From the NCBI GenBank assembly GCA_043803745.1, contig JAZDJS010000026.1, forward strand, positions 1 to 64,000: DNA of 64,000 nucleotides, written 5' to 3'. This DNA is from an archaeon (GTDB taxonomy: Archaea; SpSt-1190; DYHY01). A program made the position numbers and the translations under genes. This document shows, piece after piece, positions 17,585-26,705 of the stretch (its first letter is position 1; each line of letters starts with the position of its first letter). Below the pieces are notes generated by a model. That model worked only from the letters and a program-made list of their open reading frames with translations, was not told the DNA's origin and did not search any database.

Positions 17585-19003
17585 ATGACGCAGGAAAATA
17601 TCGAACTCGTTTTTTCCCAGGGAACTTCGGCAAAGAAGAAGGGCAAGGCTTCCGCAAGGCTCGTTTTTCTTTCCGAGGACAAGGCTTTCGGGAAGCTTCT
17701 GAAGGTGGCGCCTTCCCCCGAAGGCGTCATAATCGGGCTTGGCGACGAGAAAACAGCGGATGCGGAAACGATAAGGCGCGCCGCCGGAAGCGCGGTCCAG
17801 TACATACTGAAAACCCTTGGAGCGGGCTCGCTTTCCCTTTCCCCGAAATCCTCGAAGAAGCTTCTTTCGAACAGGAAGTTCTTGGCAGCATTCACGGAGG
17901 GCGCAATTCTCTCAGCATATTCGTTTGACAAGTACAAGACGCCCTCGGAGGAGCAACAGCAGGCGGCAAAGCTGACCGGGTTGCATTTGCCCGTTCCAGC
18001 CTCAAGGGAAATCCTGGAGGCAAAGTCGGTCGCCGAATGCGCCAATTGGGCGAGGGAAATACAGAACGAGCCGGCGAACGTTGCCACACCCACGATGCTT
18101 TCCCTCCTCGCGGCAAAGGAGGCGAAAATATTCGGGATGAGCTGCAAGATATTCGGCAGGGCTGAACTCGAGAAGATGGGGATGAACGCAATACTTGCGG
18201 TTGGTCGCGGAAGCGCCGAGGAGCCCAAGCTGATCGTCCTCGAATACCTGCCGAAGAGCGGGGTTGCGAAGAAAAAAATAGCCCTCGTCGGCAAAGGAGT
18301 CTGCTTCGATTCCGGCGGGATTTCGATCAAGCCCTCCCGGGCAATGGATGAGATGAAGTTCGACAAGAGCGGCGCAGTTGCCGCAATCGCAACGATGCGG
18401 CTTGCCTCGATACTCAAGCTCCCGCTTCACCTTGTCGCGCTCGTTCCCGCCGTAGAGAATCTGCCTTCCGGAACGGCAGGAAAGCCCGGGGACATCGTGC
18501 GCGCCCACAACGGGAAGACGATTGAGATACTTGACACCGATGCCGAGGGACGGCTCATACTTGCCGACGCCCTTTCCTTCGCATGCAAGGAGCACAAACC
18601 GGACGTCCTGATAGACCTCGCAACCCTGACCGGCGCCTGCGTTGTCGCGCTCGGGGACGTTGCGGCAGGGCTTTTCTCAAACGACCCGTCCCTCGCAAAG
18701 GAGCTTTTCGAGGCGGGAATGGAATCAGGGGAGCGGCTCTGGGAGCTGCCGATGATGTGGAAGGATTATGACGAGAAGGTGAAAAGCGACGTTGCCGACG
18801 TCAAGAACCTCGGGGAATCCGGGCAGGCGGGCGCAACGGCTGGCGCAAGCTTCCTCAAGGAGTTCGTTTCGTCCGGAACGAAGTGGGCGCACCTCGACAT
18901 TGCCGGGACTGCCTGGACAACGAAACCCAGGCACCAGTTCTCCTTCAAGGGCGGAACCGGGTTCGGCGTCAGGCTCTTGGCGAGATACCTTTCCAAGCAG
19001 TGA
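17585..19003 (+). CDS. pepA: leucyl aminopeptidase (M17)
   Basis: VGKGVCFDSGG, MKFDKSGA, DTDAEGRLILAD, ATLTGA, WAHLDIAG. Confidence 0.96.
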   Translation: MTQENIELVFSQGTSAKKKGKASARLVFLSEDKAFGKLLKVAPSPEGVIIGLGDEKTADAETIRRAAGSAVQYILKTLGAGSLSLSPKSSKKLLSNRKFLAAFTEGAILSAYSFDKYKTPSEEQQQAAKLTGLHLPVPASREILEAKSVAECANWAREIQNEPANVATPTMLSLLAAKEAKIFGMSCKIFGRAELEKMGMNAILAVGRGSAEEPKLIVLEYLPKSGVAKKKIALVGKGVCFDSGGISIKPSRAMDEMKFDKSGAVAAIATMRLASILKLPLHLVALVPAVENLPSGTAGKPGDIVRAHNGKTIEILDTDAEGRLILADALSFACKEHKPDVLIDLATLTGACVVALGDVAAGLFSNDPSLAKELFEAGMESGERLWELPMMWKDYDEKVKSDVADVKNLGESGQAGATAGASFLKEFVSSGTKWAHLDIAGTAWTTKPRHQFSFKGGTGFGVRLLARYLSKQ

Positions 19004-19005
19004 GT

Positions 19006-19413
19006 TTAGACAGCTAGCAAAACTGCTGCGGCAATCCCAAGAGCAATGCCTGCAATTTTCGTCAATGTTAGCTTCTCAGAAAGAAGGATTACCGCCAAGA
19101 AAACAGCTACAAGCGCGCTCAGTGCATTAAGGGTTGCAACAACACTTGTGCTTCCCCGTTTCAGAGCAACGACGAAAAGAAGAAGAGCCAGAAAATACAC
19201 CGCTCCCGAAAGCACGCCAGACGCAACACCCAAACTACTAAGAATTTTCTCCTTTACGAAAAAAATCCAGTAAAGGAGTGTCAAAAAAGCCGCGGTTGCA
19301 AGGGAGATTAATGTCAAGCTAGTGGAGTCAATGTTCTTGGCGCTTTTGAGGATAATTGCATTCGCTCCGAAGAAAACTGTGCTTGCCAGCGCAATCAGAA
19401 TGTACGATTCCAT
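19006..19413 (-). CDS. EamA/DMT family small transporter (single EamA domain)
   Basis: 135 aa, 5 TM, AL..G..SVVA.L, LL.EKLT..KIAGI.L. Confidence 0.85.
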   Translation of the reverse strand: MESYILIALASTVFFGANAIILKSAKNIDSTSLTLISLATAAFLTLLYWIFFVKEKILSSLGVASGVLSGAVYFLALLLFVVALKRGSTSVVATLNALSALVAVFLAVILLSEKLTLTKIAGIALGIAAAVLLAV

Positions 19414-19467
19414 GGATTTCCTGAGATTTGTTTTGTTAAATAGGTTGTTTATTTTCCGAGAGAAAAA

Positions 19468-19686
19468 GTCCGTCCTCAGGACGAATATAGGAGGGGTCAG
19501 GAACGGCTGGTAACTGGAGAGCGGTTCAGGTATACTCGAAACTTTACGAAAGTTTCATCAAAAAGCGGGTTTGCGCAATCCTCAAACCCGCCCGGAATTT
19601 TCTTTTACGCCCGTGTCCGTGCTTTTGCACCGATGGTCTGAGGACCAAACGGATTTGCCCCACAGGGCATTCAGCCCTTAGGCAGG
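19468..19686. ncRNA. structured intergenic RNA candidate (ykkC/guanidine-I-like on minus strand, or end-paired RNA on plus)
   Basis: Several hairpins, long-range gtcctcag/ctgaggac pairing, and ykkC-like motif order on the minus strand; see findings. Confidence 0.5.
19560..19591 (-). terminator. hairpin + U-tract (intrinsic terminator-like)
   Basis: Minus strand: gcgggtttg-aggattgcg-caaacccgc followed by ttttt. Confidence 0.55.
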
Positions 19687-19687
19687 A

Positions 19688-19710
19688 TTTTCTTTTTCGA
19701 AAAGAAAAAA
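19688..19710. terminator. bidirectional T-rich terminator-like palindrome downstream of TFS
   Basis: ttttcttttTCGaaaagaaaa gives oligo-T runs on both strands. Confidence 0.45.
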
Positions 19711-19720
19711 TGGGTTCGGT

Positions 19721-20056
19721 TCAGGCGTACTCTTTCCAGGTGTAATTGCACTTGACGCATTTGTAAAAACGGGTCGCGGGCTCGTCAACGCCCCGGGTCT
19801 GCACCATCCACCATATTGCCCCGATGTTCTTGCAGCGCGGGCATTCGACGGCGATCTTTGAAACGTTCTTCAGGTGCTTTTCGTTGTCAATCACGGGAAT
19901 CGCGCTTCCGGTGTTTACGATGTTCTTCGTCATCGTGAAGCCCTCTTTGGAAGTGTCCTTTGCGCCGCACTTCCTGCAGACAATCTTCACCTTTCCGTCC
20001 TTCCCCTCTTCCGAGGCAGGAATCATGAGGCCGCCGCACTTCTTGCAGAATTTCAT
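19721..20056 (-). CDS. tfs: transcription factor S (TFS/RpoM)
   Basis: MKFCKKCGGLM..CRKC, CPRC...QTRGVDEPATRFYKCVKC. Confidence 0.95.
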   Translation of the reverse strand: MKFCKKCGGLMIPASEEGKDGKVKIVCRKCGAKDTSKEGFTMTKNIVNTGSAIPVIDNEKHLKNVSKIAVECPRCKNIGAIWWMVQTRGVDEPATRFYKCVKCNYTWKEYA

Positions 20057-20091
20057 CCACCCTTCCGGAAAATCCCGGTTTAAAAAAGCTG

Positions 20092-20733
20092 CTACTGCCT
20101 GCCAGGGTCGAAAAGAGGCCTGCAAAGGGAGGTGGATATGCAGAGCTCCGTCGGCACGACCTTGATGTATCCGAGAAAAGGGATTACGAAAATCGCCTTG
20201 CCTTTCACCTCTCCGTGGGGAATCAGCCACCTGTCCTCTGAGGGATTGTGGTCGCCCTTCGTCCGGTAGTAGACTTTCCCGAGGGAATCCTCGGAGGTTC
20301 CGATTACCCTGTGTATTATCGGATAGGAGGCGTTCGGAACGTTGAAGACAATTACATCCCCGATTTTGTATTTCTTTTCCCGCCCTTTCACGACAATTAC
20401 ATCCCCTTTTCTGAAACCGCCGGAAATCGGGAAACCGTCAATCTGCTCCCGGGAGAAGCCCTGTGCCTGCAGGTAGCCGTAGTGCGTCTGGGGGACGTCC
20501 GAACCGTGCGTCATGCTGCCGCTCATTATCGCGACAAGGGGAACCGTGTTTCCAAGCGCAAAGTTCAGGATGTTTCCGACAATGAACGAGAGAATCACCG
20601 CAAAGCCAATCCAGACAATCCAGTCCCGGAGTTCGGCGAGTAGGGGCCCGAGGTCAACGAAGCCTTCCTTTCGCCCCTTTGGAGGTTTTTCCTCCCGGGG
20701 ATCCCTTTTCGGCATTTTCAAAGGCATTTGCAT
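20092..20733 (-). CDS. signal peptidase I, archaeal Sec11-type (S26B)
   Basis: TM then SGSM, GDVIVF, IIHRV, TKGDHN; start uncertain (20715-20733). Confidence 0.9.
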   Translation of the reverse strand: MQMPLKMPKRDPREEKPPKGRKEGFVDLGPLLAELRDWIVWIGFAVILSFIVGNILNFALGNTVPLVAIMSGSMTHGSDVPQTHYGYLQAQGFSREQIDGFPISGGFRKGDVIVVKGREKKYKIGDVIVFNVPNASYPIIHRVIGTSEDSLGKVYYRTKGDHNPSEDRWLIPHGEVKGKAIFVIPFLGYIKVVPTELCISTSLCRPLFDPGRQ

Positions 20734-20941
20734 TTCCGGGTTTAAAAAACAACAGTCCCGCGCCGGAAAGAATTCCGAATGAAACGAGCTTGAACGGGTC
20801 GGGAACGAACGCAGAGAGCGCAAGAGCAACGCCAAGCGGACAGAGATAGCGGACCTTCGCGAGGAATCCGGTTGCAGCAAGGGAAATCCCAGCAAGAACC
20901 AGCGCAGCCGTGAAGACAGGAAAAGCCCCGAGGACGACCAT
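20654..20941 (-). CDS. small membrane protein
   Basis: 95 aa with hydrophobic N-terminal two-thirds; overlaps the start of the signal peptidase. Confidence 0.4.
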   Translation of the reverse strand: MVVLGAFPVFTAALVLAGISLAATGFLAKVRYLCPLGVALALSAFVPDPFKLVSFGILSGAGLLFFKPGNANAFENAEKGSPGGKTSKGAKGRLR

Positions 20942-20975
20942 TTTTTATTTAAAGCTAGTCCGGATTAAAAGTCTG

Positions 20976-21428
20976 ATGGCTGAGACAACTGACGTTATGA
21001 AGGGCTCCGCTCCCGCAGACGGGAACTACTGGACTTATTGGGTTCACAAGGTTCAGGAGCTTTGGAAGAGGGTCGAGGCCCTGGAGGAGAAGGTCGACGC
21101 GCTCGAGGTCCTCAGCGAGGACACTGACGGGGAGGATAGCGAAAGCGCCCCGGCGCCAAAAGGGGTTCCGGAGGTCAGAACTGTTCCCGTCGAAGGCCTT
21201 GCCCTTTCCGAGAAGGAGCTCACGGTCTGCATGGCACTGAAGGAGCTTGCAAAACCGGCAACGCTTGAGGAGGTAAACGGGCACCTGAAGAACACGAGGA
21301 TGATTTCCGAAGGCCTGCGGGACACCCTGGTGTTGCGGCTGAAAGGCGCAGTCGAAAAGGGGTATATAGGCTATGATGAGAGCGGAAAAACCTTCATCCT
21401 TGCGAAGAAGACCTTCCTTGTAGAGTGA
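20976..21428 (+). CDS. coiled-coil + winged-helix protein
   Basis: VQELWKRVEALEEKVDALE coil, acidic linker, LSEKE..V..AL....ATLEEV...L...VEKGYI wHTH pattern. Confidence 0.7.
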   Translation: MAETTDVMKGSAPADGNYWTYWVHKVQELWKRVEALEEKVDALEVLSEDTDGEDSESAPAPKGVPEVRTVPVEGLALSEKELTVCMALKELAKPATLEEVNGHLKNTRMISEGLRDTLVLRLKGAVEKGYIGYDESGKTFILAKKTFLVE

Positions 21429-21443
21429 GATGGATCCCAAGAT

Positions 21444-22037
21444 ATGGCTGAATTCGAGAAAATAACAATACAACCATTCGACCTTCCGGAAGAGCCGGAG
21501 CCGAAGGAAAAGTTCGGAAGGCTGCGCGGGGACAAGGCAATCCTCCCTGAAGGGGGGGAATTTTTCGAGCGGGGCGGATTCGGGGAGCTAGTCTCGGATG
21601 GCCTCGAGCTTTCAGCGGAGGAAACGCTCTACCTTTTCCAGAAGGGGAAAATCTCCATCGTTTCCAAGGAGGACCGGAAAATCCCGGACTTTGACGCCCT
21701 CCTTTCGGAACTGCGGAAATTCCTTCCGGAAATCTACATAAGATACCAGCTTTACCGCGATTTGCGCGAGAGGGGATATGTCGTCAGGAGCGGTCTCAAA
21801 TACGGGACGCATTTCCGGGTCTATGACCGGGGGGTGAAGCCCTCCCGGGGCGAACGCGAATCCTGGGAACACGCCAAATACCTTGCCCACGCAATCCCGG
21901 AAGCGGCGGTCTATTCAATCTCCGAGCTTTCCCGTTTCGTCCGCCTTTCCCATTCAGTCAGAAAGACGCTCTGGCTGGGCGTTGTCGATGGAGAAGGGGA
22001 CGTCACCTATTTCCAGATAACCCGGGCGACGCCTTGA
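21444..22037 (+). CDS. endA: tRNA-intron endonuclease (catalytic subunit)
   Basis: YRDLRERGYVVRSGLKYGTHFRVY, HAKY, RLSHSVRK; catalytic Y/H/K present. Confidence 0.94.
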   Translation: MAEFEKITIQPFDLPEEPEPKEKFGRLRGDKAILPEGGEFFERGGFGELVSDGLELSAEETLYLFQKGKISIVSKEDRKIPDFDALLSELRKFLPEIYIRYQLYRDLRERGYVVRSGLKYGTHFRVYDRGVKPSRGERESWEHAKYLAHAIPEAAVYSISELSRFVRLSHSVRKTLWLGVVDGEGDVTYFQITRATP

Positions 22038-22827
22038 ACGATGCTCTAGGAGACTTTAGACGTATGGATTTTTTGACAAATTTTGAAAGGACATATGAGC
22101 TTATGTCTGACGTTCCCCAGTTCAAGGAAACTTGGCGAGTGTCAGATTACCTCGATTTTTATTCCAAAGCAAAAAAGCGCGCCAGAATCAACAAAAAATA
22201 TTTGGAAATACTTGACATAGGCGGCGCAGAGGGGAACCTCGCAATTGAGCTTGCGCAACAAGGACATTCAGTTACCTGCCTGGAAATATCCAGGAAAAAC
22301 CTGCTGAAGACAAATGAACTTGCCAAGGAAAACTCAGTTTCAGTCAAATGCATTGCTGGAGACATTGAACAACGCCCCCCCCTGGGAAATTTGACTGCAT
22401 CTTTTTGATGGAAGTAATAGAGCACCTCAGGAATCCGTCGGGCGCGTTAATTAACATACGACGAGCTCTTAAGAAAGGCGGGCTCCTGATACTTTCCACT
22501 CCCAATGCCCACGGACTTTCCCGCGTCAGGGACAATTCGCAGGACACGCCGTTTTCCGAACGGAACACCGGGGCACTCCACCTATCCATATACGACTATT
22601 CTCAACTGAAGCTCCTCTTCGCCTTCTCAGGTTTCAGGCCGCTTATCCGGGCAGGGATTGGCCTTTACATTCCGTTCATAGGGCGTTTCCGCTGGGGAAG
22701 ATGGATAATTTCTCAAACAGGGAAGCTCGTGCCCTTTTTTGCGGAGAACCTTTTTGTTGCAGCCGAGGCAGCAGAACCAATAGACATCTTCGAGCTCCAC
22801 AAGAATTGGACTCGAAAGAACGCATGA
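22034..22827 (+). pseudogene. class I SAM-dependent methyltransferase split by a frameshift at a C8 tract (22375-22382)
   Basis: ORF1 has ILDIGGAEG; ORF2 has EVIEHL..P...L...LKKGGLLILSTPN. Adding one C restores RPPPGKFDCIFLMEVIEHL. Confidence 0.8.
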
Positions 22828-22887
22828 TGAGGATTCCCGCAGGTAGAAAGCCCGACAGCGCAGTTTTTCTCCGGAAAAACACAAAAC

Positions 22888-23598
22888 TCAAGAAACAGTT
22901 ATTATTTCCCTTGAGGGGCTCCAGCTGGAAAGGACGTCCGCATGGTATTTTTCAACTGCCTGGATAATAGTTTCGCTTTCCTCCGGAATCCTGTATTTGA
23001 AGACAAGCCCGATTGCATAGCCTTCGACCTTGAGGAAATTCTCGGCAGCTTCCCTTGATTCGAAAGCCTCCTCATAGGAGCGCGCGTTCTCAGTCCCGGG
23101 CCCCTTCGGGGCGAACTCCTCAAGGAGCTTGTATGCGTCAAGTATTTCCCGGCAGAGCAAGGATTCTCTCCCGATTCCGAGGGGCTTGAGCGGGCTTTTC
23201 GGGAAAATGTCAAAGTCTGCAAAAGCGTCGGGAGCACATTCCTCTCCTGGAGACGCGCCCCCCTTTTCCTGGGCAATCTCGGATTCAATTTCACCCAAGA
23301 GGGTGTCAGTTGCAAGAATCGAGAAATCCCAGACAGCCTGCCTTGCGGTTGCGACAGCGCCTTTCCCCGTGAATCTTGTGTAGGAGTCAAGGAGCCGGTA
23401 TGCCTCCTCGCTGATTTCCGGGACAACCCCCTCCGAAATCTCGGCAAGCCCGCTCTCCCCGGAATAGTATTTGGCATATCCCTCTAGAAATTTCGCAGCT
23501 TCCTCCTGGTACAGCTCGAGCGGTTCGGGGAAATCCAGTGCTTCAGGGCCACGGGGAGGGAGACTGGAAAGCGCAAAACCAAGGAACCAAGGGATCAT
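22888..23598 (-). CDS. hypothetical protein, acidic, possible N-terminal signal
   Basis: 236 aa ORF co-directional with rpl11; no motif. Confidence 0.6.
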   Translation of the reverse strand: MIPWFLGFALSSLPPRGPEALDFPEPLELYQEEAAKFLEGYAKYYSGESGLAEISEGVVPEISEEAYRLLDSYTRFTGKGAVATARQAVWDFSILATDTLLGEIESEIAQEKGGASPGEECAPDAFADFDIFPKSPLKPLGIGRESLLCREILDAYKLLEEFAPKGPGTENARSYEEAFESREAAENFLKVEGYAIGLVFKYRIPEESETIIQAVEKYHADVLSSWSPSREIITVS

Positions 23599-23653
23599 TC
23601 AAAGCACCCCCACAAAAAGATGAACCGACTTTAAGTATTTTAGCGTAGCTAGC

Positions 23654-24127
23654 TTAAAGTTTCCCTTCTTCGAGAGCCTTGATTGCTTCTTTGCCCTTCA
23701 TGCCCTCGACGGTTATGCCCATCGAAACGCAGGTCCCGACAAGCTGCTTGAGCGCGTTTTTTTCGCTCTTGAAGTGGAGAACGTCCTTTTTCTTTTCCAG
23801 GAGCTCCTTCAGCTGATTGAGCGTAACGTTCCCGACCGTTTCCTGGCCCTTGCCCGCCTCGCCCTTCGCCCCAAGGCTGAGCTTGAGCTCCTTCTTGATG
23901 AACTCGCTTGTCGCAGGCTGCCCGAGAGTCACTGAAAAGCTCTTGTCGGAAGTGTTGATCGCGACCGTGACCGGCACGCGCATTCCCGAGAAATCCTTTG
24001 TCGCCGAATTTATCTGGGCCACGACCTGGCCCGGGTTGACTCCCATTGGCGCAAGAGCAGGTCCGAGAGGGGGTCCCGCAGTTGCCTTTCCGGCCTCGAC
24101 AAGTATGTTTATTTTAGCAGTTGCCAT
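23654..24127 (-). CDS. rpl11: 50S ribosomal protein L11 (uL11)
   Basis: GKATAGPPLGPAL, IN..TKDF.GM.VPV, GTCVSMG. Confidence 0.96.
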   Translation of the reverse strand: MATAKINILVEAGKATAGPPLGPALAPMGVNPGQVVAQINSATKDFSGMRVPVTVAINTSDKSFSVTLGQPATSEFIKKELKLSLGAKGEAGKGQETVGNVTLNQLKELLEKKKDVLHFKSEKNALKQLVGTCVSMGITVEGMKGKEAIKALEEGKL

Positions 24128-24184
24128 ATTCCCTGCCTTCGGGCAGGGGGGTTTTTATTTGTTGTTGTTTCCCCACAGGTCCCC

Positions 24185-24751
24185 TTATTTCCCGGTTTTC
24201 TCCAAAAAAGCCCTGAGCTTGTCGCAGGCAATCTTCCGGTGGCTCATCTGGTTCTTCTTCAAGGTCCCCATTTCCCCGAAGGTCTGGTCGAAGCCGTCCG
24301 GCTGGAAAATGGAATCCCAGCTGAAGCCGCCATCCCCCCTCGGCGGGACTATCTTTCCCGAAACCTCGCCCTGAAAATACTGGATGTTGCTTCCATCGAA
24401 ATACCCGACAAGCGTGACTACCCGCGCCCGGTCGTCCCCGTTTTTCAGGACGAACTCGGAAATCCCGTTCTTTCCCAGCGCCTGGGCGAAGGCTTGCGTG
24501 AACGAGCCGGGAAGGTTCCCGCCCAGGCAGGAAAGCATAAGGCAGGTTTTCTCGGCAAGGAACGGAATTGGCAGCTGCTTTGCAGCCTCAAGGAGCTTTT
24601 CCCGCAGAACCTCGGAAGGCTCAAGGGACTGTATTTCCTTTATCGGAAGGTCCATCAGGTCAATTGTCCATCCCGGAAGGAGGCTCTGGAACTCAACCTG
24701 CTTCGAAACGCTGCTGCTGACAAAGGCGAGACGCTTTTCTTCAGCCATCAT
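24185..24751 (-). CDS. HAM1/RdgB/ITPase-family protein with degenerate active site
   Basis: EIQ, LPG, GEV.GKIV.PRG..GF.WD.IF.P, TF.EM...KN.MSHR; EDT motif reads EKT. Confidence 0.85.
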   Translation of the reverse strand: MMAEEKRLAFVSSSVSKQVEFQSLLPGWTIDLMDLPIKEIQSLEPSEVLREKLLEAAKQLPIPFLAEKTCLMLSCLGGNLPGSFTQAFAQALGKNGISEFVLKNGDDRARVVTLVGYFDGSNIQYFQGEVSGKIVPPRGDGGFSWDSIFQPDGFDQTFGEMGTLKKNQMSHRKIACDKLRAFLEKTGK

Positions 24752-25269
24752 CAGTCCTCGGTATTTTCTTCCTTCTTGTCCACAAGCCCCGCGCCAGTGT
24801 TGAGGTGCTGGATTACCCTGACAGCCTCGAGAGGAACCGTGACCGGGATTGCGACCGCAGCTTCGACGAACTCTATCGTGACCTCGCGCTTGCCCACGTC
24901 AACCCTGGTTGTCTTCGCCTTTTCGCCCTTGAATGCGCCGGAAACGACCTCTACAAGGTCGCCCTTTTCAATCTCAACGTTCGCCGGACGCGTCTCGAGG
25001 AAATGCTTTATCTCGTCAATCCTGACAAGGTGCCTGACAATCCCGCGGACATGGTTTATTCCTGAAAGGGCCTCCTCAATGTCGCCGACGCTGTCCGCCT
25101 CTACAAGGACATATCCCTTCAGTTCCTTCGGAAGAAGGACCGCCTTTATCCCGTATGTCTTGTTGGTCATTGTCTGCTTCGCAAGGACGAGGTCGAGCTT
25201 CTCAAGAACGCCTTCTTCCCTTCCAACAGTTGTCCTTACCGCGTATATTACAGTCATTTTTTCATTCAC
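24751..25269 (-). CDS. spt5: transcription elongation factor Spt5 (NusG)
   Basis: [38 protein letters not shown]. Confidence 0.95.
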   Translation of the reverse strand: MNEKMTVIYAVRTTVGREEGVLEKLDLVLAKQTMTNKTYGIKAVLLPKELKGYVLVEADSVGDIEEALSGINHVRGIVRHLVRIDEIKHFLETRPANVEIEKGDLVEVVSGAFKGEKAKTTRVDVGKREVTIEFVEAAVAIPVTVPLEAVRVIQHLNTGAGLVDKKEENTED

Positions 25270-25380
25270 TCACTTTGTTTTTTCCATATGTATTGGTTCG
25301 GCCATCCTCAGATGGTCTAGCCCTCTGCTGGAAACCTCGGGTTTACGGCCCTCGGTCACTCCATCTATATTATTCAGCCA

Positions 25381-25548
25381 TCACACGCCAAGCAGCGTGA
25401 ACACCAGCGTTATTATCAGTCCCATTGCGCCCATCACGAGTATCCCGAGGCCCGTGAGCTTTGCAATCTGCAAATACTCCTTCCAGGAGGGCCTTTTCGC
25501 AACCTTGAGGACCCTAAGATAGTCGTTTAACTTTTCCTTCAGAGCCAA
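25381..25548 (-). CDS. secE: protein translocase subunit SecE/Sec61-gamma (55 aa, not in ORF track)
   Basis: Manual translation from TTG after GGAGGT: MALKEKLNDYLRVLKVAKRPSWKEYLQIAKLTGLGILVMGAMGLIITLVFTLLGV*; canonical ftsZ-secE-spt5 position. Confidence 0.92.
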   Translation of the reverse strand: MALKEKLNDYLRVLKVAKRPSWKEYLQIAKLTGLGILVMGAMGLIITLVFTLLGV

Positions 25549-26704
25549 AGCCCTTCAGACCTCCCTTTGATGCATCGTTCTCAGACTCGGAATTGACGAA
25601 GGAAATCCCCAGGGATTTCTCCATCTTCTCCTTCCGCTTCTGCTCGAATATCTTCTCGCGCACAAGAACCTGGGAAGACTGGATTCCCGTCACAATGAGC
25701 AGGACCTTTATCGCTTCCTTCATGGAATCCTCAATCCGTGCGCCCCAGATTACCTTCGCGCCAACCTCGAGCTTGTCAGAGACGACCGAGACGATCTGGC
25801 GGGATTCCTCGAGCGTGAGGTCCGGTCCGCCAATGACATCGACAAGAGCCCCCTTCGCCCCGGTTATGTCAACGTCAAGCAGGGGATTGTTGACTGCGCG
25901 CTGGATCGCCTCTCCCGCGCGGTTGTCGGAATCGCTTTCCCCGAGACCTATCAGGGCGAGTCCCCCGCCGCGCATAACCGCCCGCACGTCGGCGAAATCA
26001 AGGTTGATAAGACCGGGCTTTGTGATTAGCTCGGCGATCCCCTTGACTGCGTTGACGAGGATTTCGTCGGCGACCTTGAACGCCGTTGCAATCGGTATGT
26101 CGGGGACTATCTGCAGGAGCTTGTCGTTCGGGACAACTATCAGCGTGTCAACGGACGTCTCGAGCTTTGCAAGCCCGCTGCTTGCATTGTCCCACCTGTG
26201 CTTTCCCTCCATTTCGAAGGGAAGCGTCGCAATCCCGATAACGAGCGCGCCGAGCTTCTTCGCAACCTCGGCAACAACCGGCGCGCTGCCCGTCCCGGTT
26301 CCGCCACCGAGGCCGCATGCAACGAAAACGAGGTCCGAGCCGGAAAGGGCCTGCTTGATTTCGCTCTCATTCTCCCTTGCCGCGGCTTCGCCAACAGCCG
26401 GATCCGCGCCAGCCCCAAGCCCGGCAGTTGTTTCCTTGCCGATTAGCAGTTTCTTGTTCGCCTTTATTTTCATGAGGTCCTGGGCGTCCGTGTTGATGGC
26501 GATTATCTCAGCGCCTTCAATCCCTATTTCCATCATCCTGTCCGCGGAGTTTCCACCGGCGCCGCCGCATCCGACAACCTTGATAACCGCCCGGCTCCCG
26601 GAGAAATCGGTGCTATCGTTCTGGATCGTCACACGCCCCTTCTGTTCTTCTGCACGCCCAATTGCCGATTGAATAAGTCCCTTCATCATTTCAGCCGTCT
26701 CCAC
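25514..26704 (-). CDS. ftsZ: cell division protein FtsZ
   Basis: GCGGAGGN, NTDAQ, GLGGGTGTG, NLDFAD. Confidence 0.98.
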   Translation of the reverse strand: METAEMMKGLIQSAIGRAEEQKGRVTIQNDSTDFSGSRAVIKVVGCGGAGGNSADRMMEIGIEGAEIIAINTDAQDLMKIKANKKLLIGKETTAGLGAGADPAVGEAAARENESEIKQALSGSDLVFVACGLGGGTGTGSAPVVAEVAKKLGALVIGIATLPFEMEGKHRWDNASSGLAKLETSVDTLIVVPNDKLLQIVPDIPIATAFKVADEILVNAVKGIAELITKPGLINLDFADVRAVMRGGGLALIGLGESDSDNRAGEAIQRAVNNPLLDVDITGAKGALVDVIGGPDLTLEESRQIVSVVSDKLEVGAKVIWGARIEDSMKEAIKVLLIVTGIQSSQVLVREKIFEQKRKEKMEKSLGISFVNSESENDASKGGLKGFGSEGKVKRLS

Positions 26705-26705
26705 T

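Noticed and set aside
19460-19660. RNase P RNA or SRP RNA
   Set aside because: gagaaaaagtcc resembles RNase P CR-I and ggtcagg resembles SRP helix 8, but the other conserved regions and helix geometry cannot be found.
25270-25380. SecE-Spt5 read-through fusion or fluoride riboswitch in the secE-spt5 gap
   Set aside because: The frame is shared but two TGA stops intervene, and TGA is a normal stop elsewhere in the window. Only GAUGGAGU of the fluoride motif is present.
24239-26672. Long plus-strand ORFs (427 aa and 359 aa)
   Set aside because: Antisense shadows of spt5/ITPase and ftsZ; no motifs.
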